The notes: a model not told the origin generated them from the sequence alone. Positions 36,129 to 50,285 are shown, numbered from the stretch's first letter. The stretch: 53,762 bases of DNA from Octopus bimaculoides (GCF_001194135.2 NC_068984.1:3091548-3145309), one strand, 5' to 3'. Program-made: numbers and translations.

Positions 36129-36570
36129 ATATGTATGTGCGCATGTATGAATATTTATGTGAGGTAAATAGAGATTACACAACCAACCCAGGTCATGGTT
36201 TCGCTCAATCGACTCTTCTTTTTGGGTCCGTTGTTGTGTATGATGCGCCGAAGAGAATGTAGAACGAAACCTGCTCTCCGGGTTTGCTTATTTCATTCAT
36301 TTAAATTAACATGCACCATTCTCTACACATTTCAACATTAGACTGCTGAGATTTTACGCACATTTACGTTTTTGTTTTTCCACAAAATAACCAAGACTGT
36401 GCATATATATATATGTATGCAGGTAAGACGACACTTCGAAGTCGCTGTCAACATGTTCCTTATTAAAGGTTAATAAATATGCACTCTACTAAAATTATAA
36501 AATATTTCATTTTTATGTTAAATCTCTCTCTCTCTCACTCTTTTTCTCTCTTTCTCTCTCTCTCTCTTTA

Positions 36571-36863
36571 AGCATGGCTTAGTGGTTAGGGTGTTGCATT
36601 CACGATCGCTAGATCATGATTTCAATTCCTAGACTGAGTGGTGCATTATGTTCCTGAGCAAAACACTCCACCTTACGTTGCACTGCGATCATTTCGATAT
36701 CTGACACGTGGTACTCCGTGCAACAGGTCAGGGAACGTCGATTTGATGAGGGAGTGGGCTAATGTGCGGCACATACATTTGGTCACTAGAAACAAGTTAC
36801 TTGTGCAGGTCGTTCGACACAAGTCGAACACTCACACGTCGTTTTCGACGGGAGAGTCCGTCA
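36571..36863 (+). mobile_element. SINE family C (tRNA-like head, (TA)n tail)
   Basis: tggcttagtggttaggg A-box-like, atttcaattcc B-box-like, gttcctgagcaaaacact shared with 31846. Confidence 0.75.
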
Positions 36864-38058
36864 TATATATATATATATATATAATTATGTGTATTTCTTC
36901 TATCTTAATGAATAAAAATTCTTCTGATAAAATAAATGGGTTAATAGAAACCAATGTAGTAAAGAACACAAAATAACTGTGGTTTAGTTCCTGTTTTTAA
37001 GGCAGGAACTCCTTGAAATTTTGGGGTCATAATGTCTTACGTTTAAGATGATTCCCATGCTTTCCCTGATGAGAAGGTTACAATTTTAATATCAAAGATC
37101 CCTATGGATCACACAGGTTGTAATCCTTTGAAACATATGTAGGAATAAAGTATGCAATTATAACATGCGTTTTCTCCATTCCTTAAATTCTTATATATAT
37201 ATATACATATATATACACCCATACAACACAAACATACACGCCCATGCACACACTGAGGAAATGATGGTGTGCCGTCTACGATTTATTTCAGTCTAATATT
37301 ATTTACTTTTCCTTCTCTATTTGACGATGTTCTAATTTAGACAAAGTAAATGGACACACATACAGACACTCACACACACACACACACTCACACACATACA
37401 AACTCACACACACACATACACGCCTGCATCGATAGGTTTAGAGCATAGATGCAAAGTAAGATGGGGGGAATTGTACTGGAGTATCAAATGTAGAAAAAAA
37501 TATATTAAAGCTGACAAACTCTCCAAGCTCTCATTCATTTTACGTGGCTTGTCTGATGATAGGTTACGTGAAACTCGGAACAGACGTTTGTTGAGTTTTT
37601 CAACTTTAATAAAACACGAGGCTAAAATGTAAAAAAAACAAAGGGAAAAACACGATTTACCTTTTACCTAATATTTCAACACTTTGGCTGTCAAGAATAT
37701 CAGCGAATGAGCTTTATTCTGACCTGTGCTGATAGAAAGGGTAAGGCACTGGAGTAAAAGTGAGATTAGCCCAATGTTTGGCTCCAATTTCACTCAGATC
37801 GGCATTGTTTGTTGATATCTGAAAATTTATGACTAAATATTCACAGTTGCGAGGAGACCAAAATGGTGACATCATTCTGCCCAACGGTTAAGACGTGTCT
37901 AACAACAGTTTTACTTGGCAAAACTGGGGATTAGTTCATGCATCTGTGAGTCATTTTAATGTACGAAGGGCTTAACCGTTACGGGAGAAATTTCATAGTA
38001 CATACATGTGTGTGTGAGAGAGAGAGAAAGAGAGGAGAGAGACAGACAGACAGACAGA

Positions 38059-38118
<60 letters not shown>

Positions 38119-38139
38119 CGGTATACAGTTTTACTTGCA

Positions 38140-38249
38140 TCTAGTGATTATTGTCTGGCTGGAAGGAAAATGCTAAAACCGGTTAGAGAAACGTGGAAAG
38201 TAAACAGTGCTGGAATTAAGTTCAAAGAGATTGTGAATAAGAGATGTGC

Positions 38250-38305
<56 letters not shown>

Positions 38306-38400
38306 GGGGATTAGTGGAGTCGGCCTTCGTTCTCTAAAGAATTAAAAACGACCAACTGACGGTTAATGTCGTAAGTTAGGGAACGATGCTCCCAAAAACA
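38140..38400 (+). mobile_element. Possible LINE remnants either side of (TAA)n
   Basis: GVGLRSLK after the tract resembles the GG.GL motif of non-LTR ORFs; weak. Confidence 0.25.
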
Positions 38401-39631
38401 TTAAGTAATTTAGGAAAGGTAGGGAGTGAGTGGGGGGGGGGTAATTATTGTTGCTGTTGTTGCTTTTCATTTGTAATACATCATAACATAAGTAGAAAAT
38501 AGACTGGGGGAAAGAGAGAGAGAGCGTTAGGGGCTGGAGAGAAATTGATAGACAGACAAGGATGGGTAACCAGGGATTCATTATCAATATAAATACTGAA
38601 ATTTGAGATTGTGATGGCATAGGGGTGGTGATGGTGGTGGTCGTGGTGGTTGTAGCAGTGACGGCAGCAGCAGCAGCAGCAGTAGTAGTAGCAGTAGTAG
38701 CGTTGCCAGTAACCTTAGTACCCACTTCAGCGGTGGTACATGTAGTGGCTGCAGTGGCAGTAATAGCGATGGTGGTTTCAGCGGTGCTTGTTTTGTTAAT
38801 ACTAGTAGAAGCGGCGATGGAACACTGGTTCCTCCATTTGTAAGAGAGGGTTGCAGTGGCATTGGAACTAAAATGTCTGAGGCTCTACTGTCTTTGGTGG
38901 CTGAAATGCTTCGGTGAAGTTTCGAACCTATTTTAATCGCCATTTGATTTAAATTTCTTATGATTCCGTGGGAGTTCTTCATTTTCATGCACCACTTCCC
39001 AACTGTGCACCACTCAATGTAAGTCTGTCGGTGTGCGTATATATATGTAGTGTATATATATGTAGTATATATATATATATATATNNNNNNNNNNNNNNNN
39101 NNNNNNNNNNNNNNNNNNNNNNNNNNNNNNNNNNNNNNNNNNNNNNNNNNNNNNNNNNNNNNNNNNNNNNNNNNNNNNNNNNNNNNNNNNNNNNNNNNNN
39201 NNNNNNNNNNNNNNNNNNNNNNNNNNNNNNNNNNNNNNNNNNNNNNNNNNNNNNNNNNNNNNNNNNNNNNNNNNNNNNNNNNNNNNNNNNNNNNNNNNNN
39301 NNNNNNNNNNNNNNNNNNNNNNNNNNNNNNNNNNNNNNNNNNNNNNNNNNNNNNNNNNNNNNNNNNNNNNNNNNNNNNNNNNNNNNNNNNNNNNNNNNNN
39401 NNNNNNNNNNNNNNNNNNNNNNNNNNNNNNNNNNNNNNNNNNNNNNNNNNNNNNNNNNNNNNNNNNNNNNNNNNNNNNNNNNNNNNNNNNNNNNNNNNNN
39501 NNNNNNNNNNNNNNNNNNNNNNNNNNNNNNNNNNNNNNNNNNNNNNNNNNNNNNNNNNNNNNNNNNNNNNNNNNNNNNNNNNNNNNNNNNNNNNNNNNNN
39601 NNATATATATATATATATCTCAGCCCTATGA

Positions 39632-39741
39632 CTTTTACTTTTTTTTAACGTCTAGTACTTATTCTATCCGTCTCTTCTACCGGACAGCCAAGTTACGGGA
39701 GCATAAACACACCAACACCGGTTGTCAAGCGCTGGTGGAGA

Positions 39742-39806
<65 letters not shown>

Positions 39807-39964
39807 GATGGGCTTCATTCAGTTTCCGTCTATCAAATCCACTCACAAGGCTTTTATCAACCCAAGGTTATTGCAGAGGACACTTACCTAATGTGCCACG
39901 CAGTGGAACCGAACTCGGAACTCTGTGGTTGAGAAATAAGCTTCTTACCATGCAGCCACGCCTG
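39632..39964 (-). mobile_element. SINE family A with deletion in the 3' half
   Basis: Head, internal (CA)n(TA)n and part of the 3' half. Confidence 0.9.
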
Positions 39965-40289
39965 TTACCTACTAATACTAATAATAGTAACATTTATCAG
40001 CCTTAATGTATTCTAGACACCCATTTGATTATATAGACATCTCCATGATGACTGTTACAAATACACACACACATACACTCTGTCTCTCTCTCACGCACAC
40101 ACACACACACACACACACGCACACACAACACACACACTCACACGCACACGCACACACACACACCTATCTAGATAAGAAACGTGTACAGTGGGGGATCCTA
40201 TCCGGTAACAGATAGCGATAAACGAGGACTGTTTCATTCATTTTTAACAAAGAAGGGATGTGGTTTTGTTAAGGTGACAACGGAAGGAG

Positions 40290-40870
40290 TTAGGTTACAC
40301 AATGGATGCATGTATCTGTGTGTATATATGTATGCATGTATGTATGCATGCATGTATGTATGCATGTATGTATGTGTGTATATATGTGTGTGTATGTATG
40401 AATGCATACATGCATGTATGTATGTATGTATGTATGTATGCATGCATGTGTGTATAGCTGTGCATATATGTATGAATGCATACATGTATGTATGTATGTA
40501 TGCATGTATATATGTATGCATGTGTGTATAGCTGTATATGTGTGTATGTATGAATGTCTGTATGCATGTACGTATGTATGAATGAATGTATATATGCATG
40601 CGTGCATCTATGAATATATGTACATATGTACTATGTGTGTATGTTTGTATGAATGTATATATGTGTGTATGTATGTATGTATGCATGCTTGTGTGTATGT
40701 AGAGCCGTGTATGCGTACATGCGTGTATGTATGGACGAATCCATGTTTGAATGCATGTACATACATTTTTGATGGGTATAGCTTCGTATACGTGTATTTC
40801 GTGTGTATGTGTGTTTGTATATGTTTGTGTTTGTGTGTATTGTTTATATATGTATGCACGAGCTGTGTGC
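40290..40870. repeat. Degenerate (ATGT)n/(GCAT)n array
   Basis: Read directly. Confidence 0.9.
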
Positions 40871-41239
40871 CTGCATGCGTGTGTGCGTGCGCGCTCGCGA
40901 ACCTAGCTAGGGTTTCGGATAGTCTAACCCTGTAATCGAAACTTCCAGTTACTTTTCTGTGACACATTAATTCTGTTTGAGAATTTAGAGTACAGGTGTC
41001 GTTGTAATACTCAACCACATACAGTGTAATTCAATGATGAGGGCGGGTCACTATGGACTGGCATCCAGTTGCAACTTCTTTTACTTTGTATCCTTGTGTT
41101 CTATAGATATATAGATACATACTTACACACACACACACATATATATATATATAACACATCATACATGTGTATATATTTGTATTGATATATATTTATCTCT
41201 CTCTCTCTCTCTTTTCCTCTCACTATATATATGGTAACC

Positions 41240-41385
41240 ACATGCGAATTGTTGGCGATTTTCTTCCACCTTCTTCCCCTCTATTGGAGTTTTCTCTATT
41301 TCCGAAGAAGAGCGTCTGCTCGAAACGTTAAACCATCTTTCTTTCTTTCCCTGAGTGTCTGCTAATACATTACATATACCACGTC
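41240..41385 (+). mobile_element. Second Penelope-like terminal fragment
   Basis: Inferred from the embedded hammerhead motif; sequence differs from 31957-32118. Confidence 0.5.
41299..41332 (+). ncRNA. Minimal type I hammerhead ribozyme motif
   Basis: TTT CCGAAGA A GAGC GTCT GCTC GAAAC GTT AAA: perfect 4-bp stem II, palindromic stem III, 3-bp stem I. Confidence 0.65.
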
Positions 41386-42002
41386 ATCGAGAAAATAACA
41401 TTCTTCCACTGCTCTAGGGATCAATTTTGTAGGTTTTTACTCCTCCCTAAACGCTTTGCAACGTTTGTTTTTGAAAGTAGTGGTTTTCTGATTGCAGCCC
41501 TCCGGTCAAATCCAGCTTTGTGTAGCTCCCGGCGAACAGTTTTTGTGGAAACTGAGTTCTCGAAGTGGTCATTAAGATCTGCAGTAATTTTGGGAGCTGT
41601 ACTTTTGTGATCCTTTGTAATAATTCGCGTAAGAGTCCGACGGTCCCTATCTGAAAGATTTGGTTTTCTTCCGGAGTTTTGTTTCGACAAGGAGGTTCTT
41701 TCTCTCTTTCTCAAAGGCTGCCATTACTTTCGACACAGTACTTCTTGGTACGCCAAACATTTCGGCTGTTTTTGTTATGCTAGCGCCTGCCATACGAGCA
41801 CCAACAATTTGAGCTCTTTCAAAGTCCGATAGATCTGTCATTTTAATGAATTTTAATTACCTTTTTCTGGTGGTATCTGAAAAGAAATAGTAATTGTAGC
41901 AAAACATATTAAGCAACGCTAATAATAAATTAAAAAAAACTTAAAAAATAAACAAGCTTTTGACGGTTTTATAAATATTTCAAAATTATGATGCTATGAT
42001 GC
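41385..42002 (-). mobile_element. Tc1-family transposon 5' part, frameshifted transposase
   Basis: ATG at 41841 MTDLSDFERAQIVGARMAGASITKTAEMFGVPRSTVSKV, then SGRKPNLSDRDRRTL...TVRRELHKAGF..RAAIRKPLLS, then N*SLEQWKNVIFS; truncated at the first catalytic D. Confidence 0.93.
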
Positions 42003-42128
42003 NNNNNNNNNNNNNNNNNNNNNNNNNNNNNNNNNNNNNNNNNNNNNNNNNNNNNNNNNNNNNNNNNNNNNNNNNNNNNNNNNNNNNNNNNNNNNNNNNN
42101 NNNNNNNNNNNNNNNNNNNNNNNNNNTG

Positions 42129-42200
<72 letters not shown>

Positions 42201-42572
42201 GTATGTATGTATATATGTATGTATTTACGCATACGTGTATGTCTGAGCGTGTGTGTATATATATCTGCATGTTGTGTGTATGTTCACTGCCTGACAAGAG
42301 ATGACGTCATTCCCACTGACACGTTATAGTTTGCAATGGAAACGATTCCCAAACAATTTCTCCCAATAATTCTTACTTTATCTAACATTTTGCTTTCTCT
42401 TCCGTTTTCTCTATATTTCTTTTATTTCTTTTTGTTTTTTCACTTTTTTTTCTTTGTTGTTGTTGATATTTCTAATGTCATTGTTTTTTACGCGTTGCTA
42501 TGTTTTTTCCTTTATCTGTCTAACCTAAAACTGACGCTCAAACTACATACCTCTCTTTCTCTCTTTCCCTTC

Positions 42573-42603
<31 letters not shown>

Positions 42604-42899
42604 ATCCTCTCTCCCTCTCTCTCTCTCATTCTCTCTCCCTCTCTCGTTGCTCAATTCCTATTTTCTCTGCTACATCTCAATCCATCAGTTGCACTGCCAT
42701 TATACATAACTGTGCAAACATTTACTTAAAAATATGGCAAACATAAACACCAGTGTGTGTTGATGTTTTGTCTGTCTGCGTATACGTACATAAAATACAT
42801 AATATACATACATGCATATGTTTATATATACATATATAAACATATATGTTTGTGTATATATATCTATATAAACATATATATGTATAAGCATACATGTAT

Positions 42900-42959
<60 letters not shown>

Positions 42960-43593
42960 ATAGGCATATATATAAACATATATGTGTGAATATATGTATA
43001 TATAAACATACACCTATGTATGTATATATATATAAACATATATATATATACATACAAAGTATGCATATATATTTACATACATATACATACATATGTGTGT
43101 GTGTGTGTGTGTGTGTAGGTTTGTGTAGGTGTGATGCATATAAGCAGAACACTCATCCATTTCTATAAAAATTATATAAGTGCATGTGTGTGCATATATA
43201 CTAAAATATGATCGCAATGTATGCCCCGCCCTCTGCACTTCTCTTTCTCTAGCCCTATCAGCCCCTCTCTATCTCTCCCTCTATCAACATCTATCTCCCA
43301 TTTTATTTTTCCTTACCGTCATCCCTCAGTACACAGGAGAGCGATGACTAAAATCTCTAACTCAGTTATGGCGCATTCGCAGTCATTTATCAAACTAAAC
43401 ATGGCAGCCATATTTAAATTGCATCCGTCATTGAATGCGCAGACTGCAATATATATATATATATATATACATATGTACATATACATATATATATATATAT
43501 ATACACAGACATATATACATGCCCACAAATACATACCTATATATGTTCACAAACAGACACGTATTCATCTATCTATCTATCTGTTTATCTATC

Positions 43594-43646
<53 letters not shown>

Positions 43647-43766
43647 GTCTGTCTGTCTGTCTGTCTATCTATTTATCTGTCTATTTATCAATCGATATAT
43701 CTAATTATATACATATATACATACACACCCGCATATATACATACTCACACATATATACATATACAC

Positions 43767-43935
<169 letters not shown>

Positions 43936-44974
43936 TAGACACACTGACAAAGACATTGTTATAGATATGTAAATATTTGTCAATTTCTTCCGGTGGGATT
44001 GGTGGGGTGATTGTAATTACACAATAAATATATTGCTAAAGAATAAATATGTTTATGCGTGTGTGTGTGTATGCTTTCATGTGTATGCATGTTTGTATAC
44101 GTATATTTTTGTGTACGTATGAATGTGAGCTTATATGCGAACAAATGCTAGCAATAGCCATCCAATAAATAAACAAATGAATAAATAAATAAATAAATAG
44201 ATAAATAAATAAATTAATTAATTAATGAATAAATAAACAAACCATCACGGATTTCTAAATTGGCTGATTTTTCATTTTTAGCTCTCATCTGCATTTTTGT
44301 TTTTGTGAGGGATGTGTAGTGGTGATGGAGCTGATGGCGTTATTGGAAGGTTTAGTTTTATCCTACGTTTCCTGTTTTACATTTTGTTCGTTACACCGGT
44401 TACATTACATTTCCATATCGCAGTATCACACCCACATCCTTAATACTACAAACGTGCGCGCGCACACACACACACACACATTGAAGATGGCTACTTCCTC
44501 TTCTGCCCGAGATGATTGTATAAATTTACTCATATTTGCGTGTGTGTGTGTGTATGCCACTGTATGTTTGTGCATATATAGACACACACATATCTATATA
44601 TACACATACATACTTATATGTGTGTGTGTGTGTGGTACACGACAGTAGCAAGCAGTAATCTAGTACAGAAAAGGAACTAATCCTACTTAATATACATATA
44701 TAAGACGAAGTCACGTGTCCATCTTTTAATTTGTTTGTTTCCTTCTGTGTCTGTCACGTTAGAAGGTGACATATTTTTAATGATTAGATATTTAGATTGA
44801 TATAGAGATAGATGGGGAGAGGTTTATATAGAGAGAAATAGTCAGCTGTCGACCAGTAGTCAGGCGAGCAGACAGGGAAATATAGAAAGGAGGAAGAGTG
44901 AGATAAAGAGAAAGAGAAGAAAGAATGTGTGCAAGGAGTGAGTGATAGAACGCAAAGAGAGAGAGAGAGAGAGT

Positions 44975-45018
<44 letters not shown>

Positions 45019-45141
45019 AAGATGGAATCAGTACATTTATGAATATGACATCATACTTGAATAAACGCATGACATTGAAATCGAGAAACGTTGGGATAGA
45101 AAAGAAGAGGTAGAAACATATATATGTGTATGTGTGTACAT

Positions 45142-45179
<38 letters not shown>

Positions 45180-45388
45180 TGATATAGATAGATAGATAGA
45201 TAGATAGATTGATAGATAAGAAATAAAACGACAAGGTGTATGAGGCAATGAGAAGTTAAAAGAAACTATACAAGAAGTCAGGCAACAACATGTGGCAAGT
45301 AGAACGAAAAGAAATGACAGTTGCCAGAGAAAAAAGAAAATAAACGATACTGATGACGTCTGTTTAGATTCAAAGGAATTGGAGTGAA

Positions 45389-45724
45389 AAATAGTGAGGG
45401 AGAATGAGTGAAGTATACGGAATAGTGAGGGAGAATGAGTGAAGTATACGGAATAGTGAGGGAGAATGAGTGAAGTATACGGAATAGTGAGGGAGAATGA
45501 GTGAAGTATACGGAATAGTGAGGGAGAATGAGTGAAGTATACGGANNNNNNNNNNNNNNNNNNNNNNNNNNNNNNNNNNNNNNNNNNAAATAGTGAGGGA
45601 GAATGAGTGAAGTATACGGAATAGTGAGGGAGAATGAGTGAAGTATACGGAATAGTGAGGGAGAATGAGTGAAGTATACGGAATAGTGAGGGAGAATGAG
45701 TGAAGTATACGGAATAGTAAGGAG
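45389..45724. repeat. 31-bp minisatellite (gaatagtgagggagaatgagtgaagtatacg), at least 9 copies, internal gap
   Basis: Read directly; units identical and without spacers. Confidence 0.97.
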
Positions 45725-45769
45725 ACAAAATGAAACATAAGAACAAAATAGAAAAATGATTGCAATGGT

Positions 45770-45994
45770 TCTTGGTAAACCCGTGGGGAGGAGAGTTAAA
45801 CAGGGTGGGACAAAGCTATATCTTTCTGAATTAATGATATACTGTTTCTCCGTTCCTCGATTTCCACTCTGAAAGTATGGATCGATCCGAGGCGAAAAAA
45901 ATTGTATTTATCCAAGATAACTACACAGTGCGATCGAGCCAACAACGTTTTGGCTTTAAGGTGACCTTCCCAACCATTCGGCCACAGAGCGCCT
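45770..45994 (-). mobile_element. Diverged tRNA-headed SINE (family E)
   Basis: Reverse strand GGCGCTCTGTGGCCGAATGGTT (A-box-like) and GGCTCGATCG (B-box-like); 3' boundary uncertain. Confidence 0.55.
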
Positions 45995-46637
45995 ACATAT
46001 GATAAATATGTGTGTGTATGAGCGTGTTTCTGAATACATGTGTGTATAGATGTATGTGTATGTACGTATAAATGTATTTCTGTTTTTGACCGCCTCGCCT
46101 TCTATACCTCTCGTACACAAACACACACACACTATATCTCTTTCTCTCACCCCTCTATTTACCTATTTATCTATTATCTATCTATCTATCGATCTATCTA
46201 TCTATCTACCTATCGATCTATCTTTCTATCTTTTTCACTGTTCATCTCTGCCTATCTAAACATCCATCTCTCTCTTCACAAATTCCCAGCGGCACACATT
46301 TCAAACGCTATCGTTATTCATTTGTTAATCTACTTTCAACTTTAATACACGATTTCCACCAAAATTTATTCATCAAATTCCTTACCTCTTTTCCCTTCTT
46401 TCTCTCACCCCTCTCTCTTACCTTCACCTTTTTTTGTTTGTTTCTTTCTTTCATTCCTTGCCGCTATTTCCTGTTTCTTGCCAAACTTATTATCATGCCA
46501 CAGTCAACCCTATGAATCTTTAGTCTTTATGCAATTTTGTAATTCTACAAATCTACAAATATATATCCGTGCACACATCTAAATGTATATGTATACACAC
46601 TCAACTCCCCCCCCACACACACACACATACATAACAT

Positions 46638-46791
46638 GACAAGCTTCTTTCGGTTTCCGTCTACTAAATTCACTCGCAAGGATTTGGTCGACCCGAGACT
46701 ATAGCAGAAGAGACTTAATCAAGGTACCACACATTGAGACTGAACCCGGGACCATGTGGCTGGAAAGCAAACTACTTACCACGAAGCCACG
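46638..46791 (-). mobile_element. SINE family A, 5' half
   Basis: tttccgtctact.aattcactc.caagg.tttggtcg.cccgag.ctatagcagaag...gaacccgggaccatgtgg. Confidence 0.9.
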
Positions 46792-47592
46792 TCTATATAT
46801 GCATGCATGCATATATNNNNNNNNNNNNNNNNNNNNNNNNNNNNNNNNNNNNNNNNNNNNNNNNNNNNNNNNNNNNNNNNNNNNNNNNNNNNNNNNNNNN
46901 NNNNNNNNNNNNNNNNNNNNNNNNNNNNNNNNNNNNNNNNNNNNNNNNNNNNNNNNNNNNNNNNNNNNNNNNNNNNNNNNNNNNNNNNNNNNNNNNNNNN
47001 NNNNNNNNNNNNNNNNNNNNNNNNNNNNNNNNNNNNNNNNNNNNNNNNNNNNNNNNNNNNNNNNNNNNNNNNNNNNNNNNNNNNNNNNNNNNNNNNNNNN
47101 NNNNNNNNNNNNNNNNNNNNNNNNNNNNNNNNNNNNNNNNNNNNNNNNNNNNNNNNNNNNNNNNNNNNNNNNNNNNNNNNNNNNNNNNNNNNNNNNNNNN
47201 NNNNNNNNNNNNNNNNNNNNNNNNNNNNNNNNNNNNNNNNNNNNNNNNNNNNNNNNNNNNNNNNNNNNNNNNNNNNNNNNNNNNNNNNNNNNNNNNNNNN
47301 NNNNNNNNNNNNNNNNNNNNNNNNNNNNNNNNNNNNNNNNNNNNNNNNNNNNNNNNNNNNNNNNNNNNNNNNNNNNNNNNNNNNNNNNNNNNNNNNNNNN
47401 NNNNNNNNNNNNNNNNNNNNNNNNNNNNNNNNNNNNNNNNNNNNNNNNNNNNNNNNNNNNNNNNNNNNNNNNNNNNNNNNNNNNNNNNNNNNNNNNNNNN
47501 NNNNNNNNNNNNNNNNNNNNNNNNNNNNNNNNNNNNNNNNNNNNNNNNNNNNNNNNNNNNNNNNNNNNNNNNNNNNNNNNNNNNNNNNNNNT

Positions 47593-47651
<59 letters not shown>

Positions 47652-47935
47652 CTATGTATATATATATGCATATATATATACACATAAAATATATATATAT
47701 ATATGCATAGAATATATATGCATGTGTGTATGAATACATAGAACCTGTATGAACACACACAATCACTGAAACGCACGTATATACTTTCAAAACTGTAAAT
47801 ATGTATTTATTTACGTGTGACTGCATGTGTGTGGTGGGTGGTGGGTTATTACAAAAACTCTGGTTGCCATCAAATTAACAAGGCTTTCTTATTCGATTCA
47901 AGAGACTTCCAGGCACTTGTCCATATGTAAATTTG

Positions 47936-48010
47936 TCTACAGGTGTTTATATAATACTTATATCTACAGGTGTTTATATAATACTTATATCTACAGGTGT
48001 GTATATAATA
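47936..48010. repeat. 27-bp tandem repeat, about 2.7 copies
   Basis: tctacaggtgtttatataatacttata. Confidence 0.9.
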
Positions 48011-48145
48011 TATATACATATATATAAATCTGTATATAATGTATGAGCATATAATATGTAAATGTGAGTATATGAGTATATAATATAAATATGCAAATGT
48101 GAGCACTCGTCCATGCACATGTGAATTCGTGTACATCTGTTTGTT

Positions 48146-48188
<43 letters not shown>

Positions 48189-48340
48189 ATATCTTCACAT
48201 TTTTATACTTATGTGAGTGTATAATGTTTTCGTACATATTCGATAGCTGTGTCCTTCCCCTACGAATCTGTATGTATGTGTGTGAGTGTTTGTACATGTA
48301 TATACACTCGTGTCTGTGCATGTTTAAATAGACATATAAA

Positions 48341-49248
48341 CAGGGTGCGGTGAATATACTGTCATCTAAATTACGCAAAAACGAAAATAACACTGATATC
48401 TCATTTTAACAGATATATTTACCAAAATTATATAAAAATACCCTGAAATACTAAAGAGTAAATGTATTCAATAAAATCGTCATTGGCTGCACCACGGCTT
48501 CCAGACGACTTTGGAATCTCCTGCAACTCTTTTGAACAGTCTCCTCGTTAAGTTGGTGAATGCTGTCGTAATCCTTGCCTTCAGTTCATCTTTGATGTTA
48601 CAAGGAGTTTTGTTGGTCTCTCGCTCAACTGCACCCCACACATAATAATCAAGGGGGTTGCAGTCTGGAGAGTTAGGTGGCTAAATGTTAGGGGTGNNNN
48701 NNNNNNNNNNNNNNNNNNNNNNNNNNNNNNNNNNNNNNNNNNNNNNNNNNNNNNNNNNNNNNNNNNNNNNNNNNNNNNNCTTGTGTGACATGGTGCAGAG
48801 TCCTGTTGCTAAATAGAGGGTCTTCTAGCAGCCACCCTCTTGACCCAGGGCAGCATTACCTCCTCCATGCACTTGATGTAGGCCTCCGTGCTGAGTCTGA
48901 GACCCTGCTGGAAGATGAATGGAGGCATAACGTCACCATCACTTGTGACCACTTCAAACACCATGAAGTTGACTGGATGTTTGATATTTATTACTCTCGG
49001 TACATGTCCTCAGATTGATAGCCAAAGACACTGAAATGTTCGTATTGGCGCTTCCAGTGCAAATGCCAAGCAGTAGAGCATGTCGTTTCCAAATTTCTGG
49101 CAGAGTGAATTGCATCATGGTGCTGTTTTTCTCAAAGACGGTACCCAGCTGACCTACTATACTATGTAGTCGACAAAATCAAAAGCAAACAATGCGCATG
49201 CGTGAGATTAAAAATATAAAATGGTGACAATTTACCCATCACATCCTG
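48341..49248 (-). mobile_element. Tc1/mariner, maT (DD37D)-like, internally deleted, degenerate TIRs
   Basis: TIRs CAGGGTGCGGTGAATATACTGTCA / CAGGATGTGATGGGTAAATTGTCA, TA at 49249; KHPVNFMVFEVVTSDGDVMPPFIF...QQDSAPCHT and *PPNSPDCNPLDYYVWGAVERETNK; D-D spacing hidden by a gap. Confidence 0.9.
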
Positions 49249-49634
49249 TATATGCAATGGATGTGTATATATATATATACCAGTAGACACCAGTATAAAT
49301 GTATGTTTTAAATGAACCTACTTGTGTGTATATAAATATTTCCGTGTGAGTGTTTGTGCGTACATAAGTATATGCGTCTATGCACTTCTATGTATGTAAA
49401 TGTGAGCGTTTAATTGTGCGTGTGCGTGTGTGTGTGTGTTCGTGTGAGTATGTATGTATGAATATTTATCCGTGTATATATAAGAATGTGTAAGCATGAG
49501 TGTGTATGTATATGTTACTATTTTTGTGTAAGTGCATAAATGTGAGTGTGTGTACTTATGTGTATACAGCTGGGGTATCATGAATGCTGATGTATAATAT
49601 ATGCAAATGTAAAAAAAATATATATGTATGTATG

Positions 49635-49684
<50 letters not shown>

Positions 49685-49697
49685 TATGTATATATAT

Positions 49698-49729
<32 letters not shown>

Positions 49730-49975
49730 ACATATATATACATATCGGGAGGTGTTCAATTAACTGTAGTCCCTCGTTGATGTTGCTCATGTCGGCAACT
49801 TCAAACAAGACATGCACACCTGTGGGACAACTGACCCCTAAAAGAGAACATGAGTTTTTGGATAAATATCCCCAAAACCCCGATATCAGACAGGTTGTGC
49901 TTCATCCACGTACATGCTTATATTACCATCTGCTGCCATCTTACATATGTGCGTGTGTATGTGTGTGTGTGTGCA

Positions 49976-50009
<34 letters not shown>

Positions 50010-50243
50010 TGTGTGTCTATTTACCTGTGAAATATACAGGGATTACATACGCGACAAAGGGTTTCGGTTGACCGCCCGCGTCGTCAGGTTGGAAAGAAAT
50101 GAAAGGACAGCTGTTAATGCAGAAAACCGTGGAGGATGCTGTTGTTGTTGTTGTTGCTTATTCTACGCAGAAATAGATCACATTCCGCATACCTCGAAAC
50201 AGAATTATTTTGCGCACTTTTACGTTATTGTACCATAAAATTA

Positions 50244-50285
<42 letters not shown>

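Noticed and set aside
37546-37585. Third hammerhead (CTGATGA-10 nt-GAAAC)
   Set aside because: Stem II needs a correction, and stem III and the cleavage triplet do not form; at most a decayed remnant
38363-38988. Ala/Val/Thr-rich ORFs
   Set aside because: Low-complexity GTG/GCA/GTA repeats, no domain
41030-41110. C/D box snoRNA from ATGATGA
   Set aside because: No CTGA D box at a suitable distance
45389-45724. CRISPR array
   Set aside because: No unique spacers, no cas genes, eukaryotic context
49745-49940. Unique segment with open frames on both strands
   Set aside because: No recognisable protein and no convincing acceptor/donor pair
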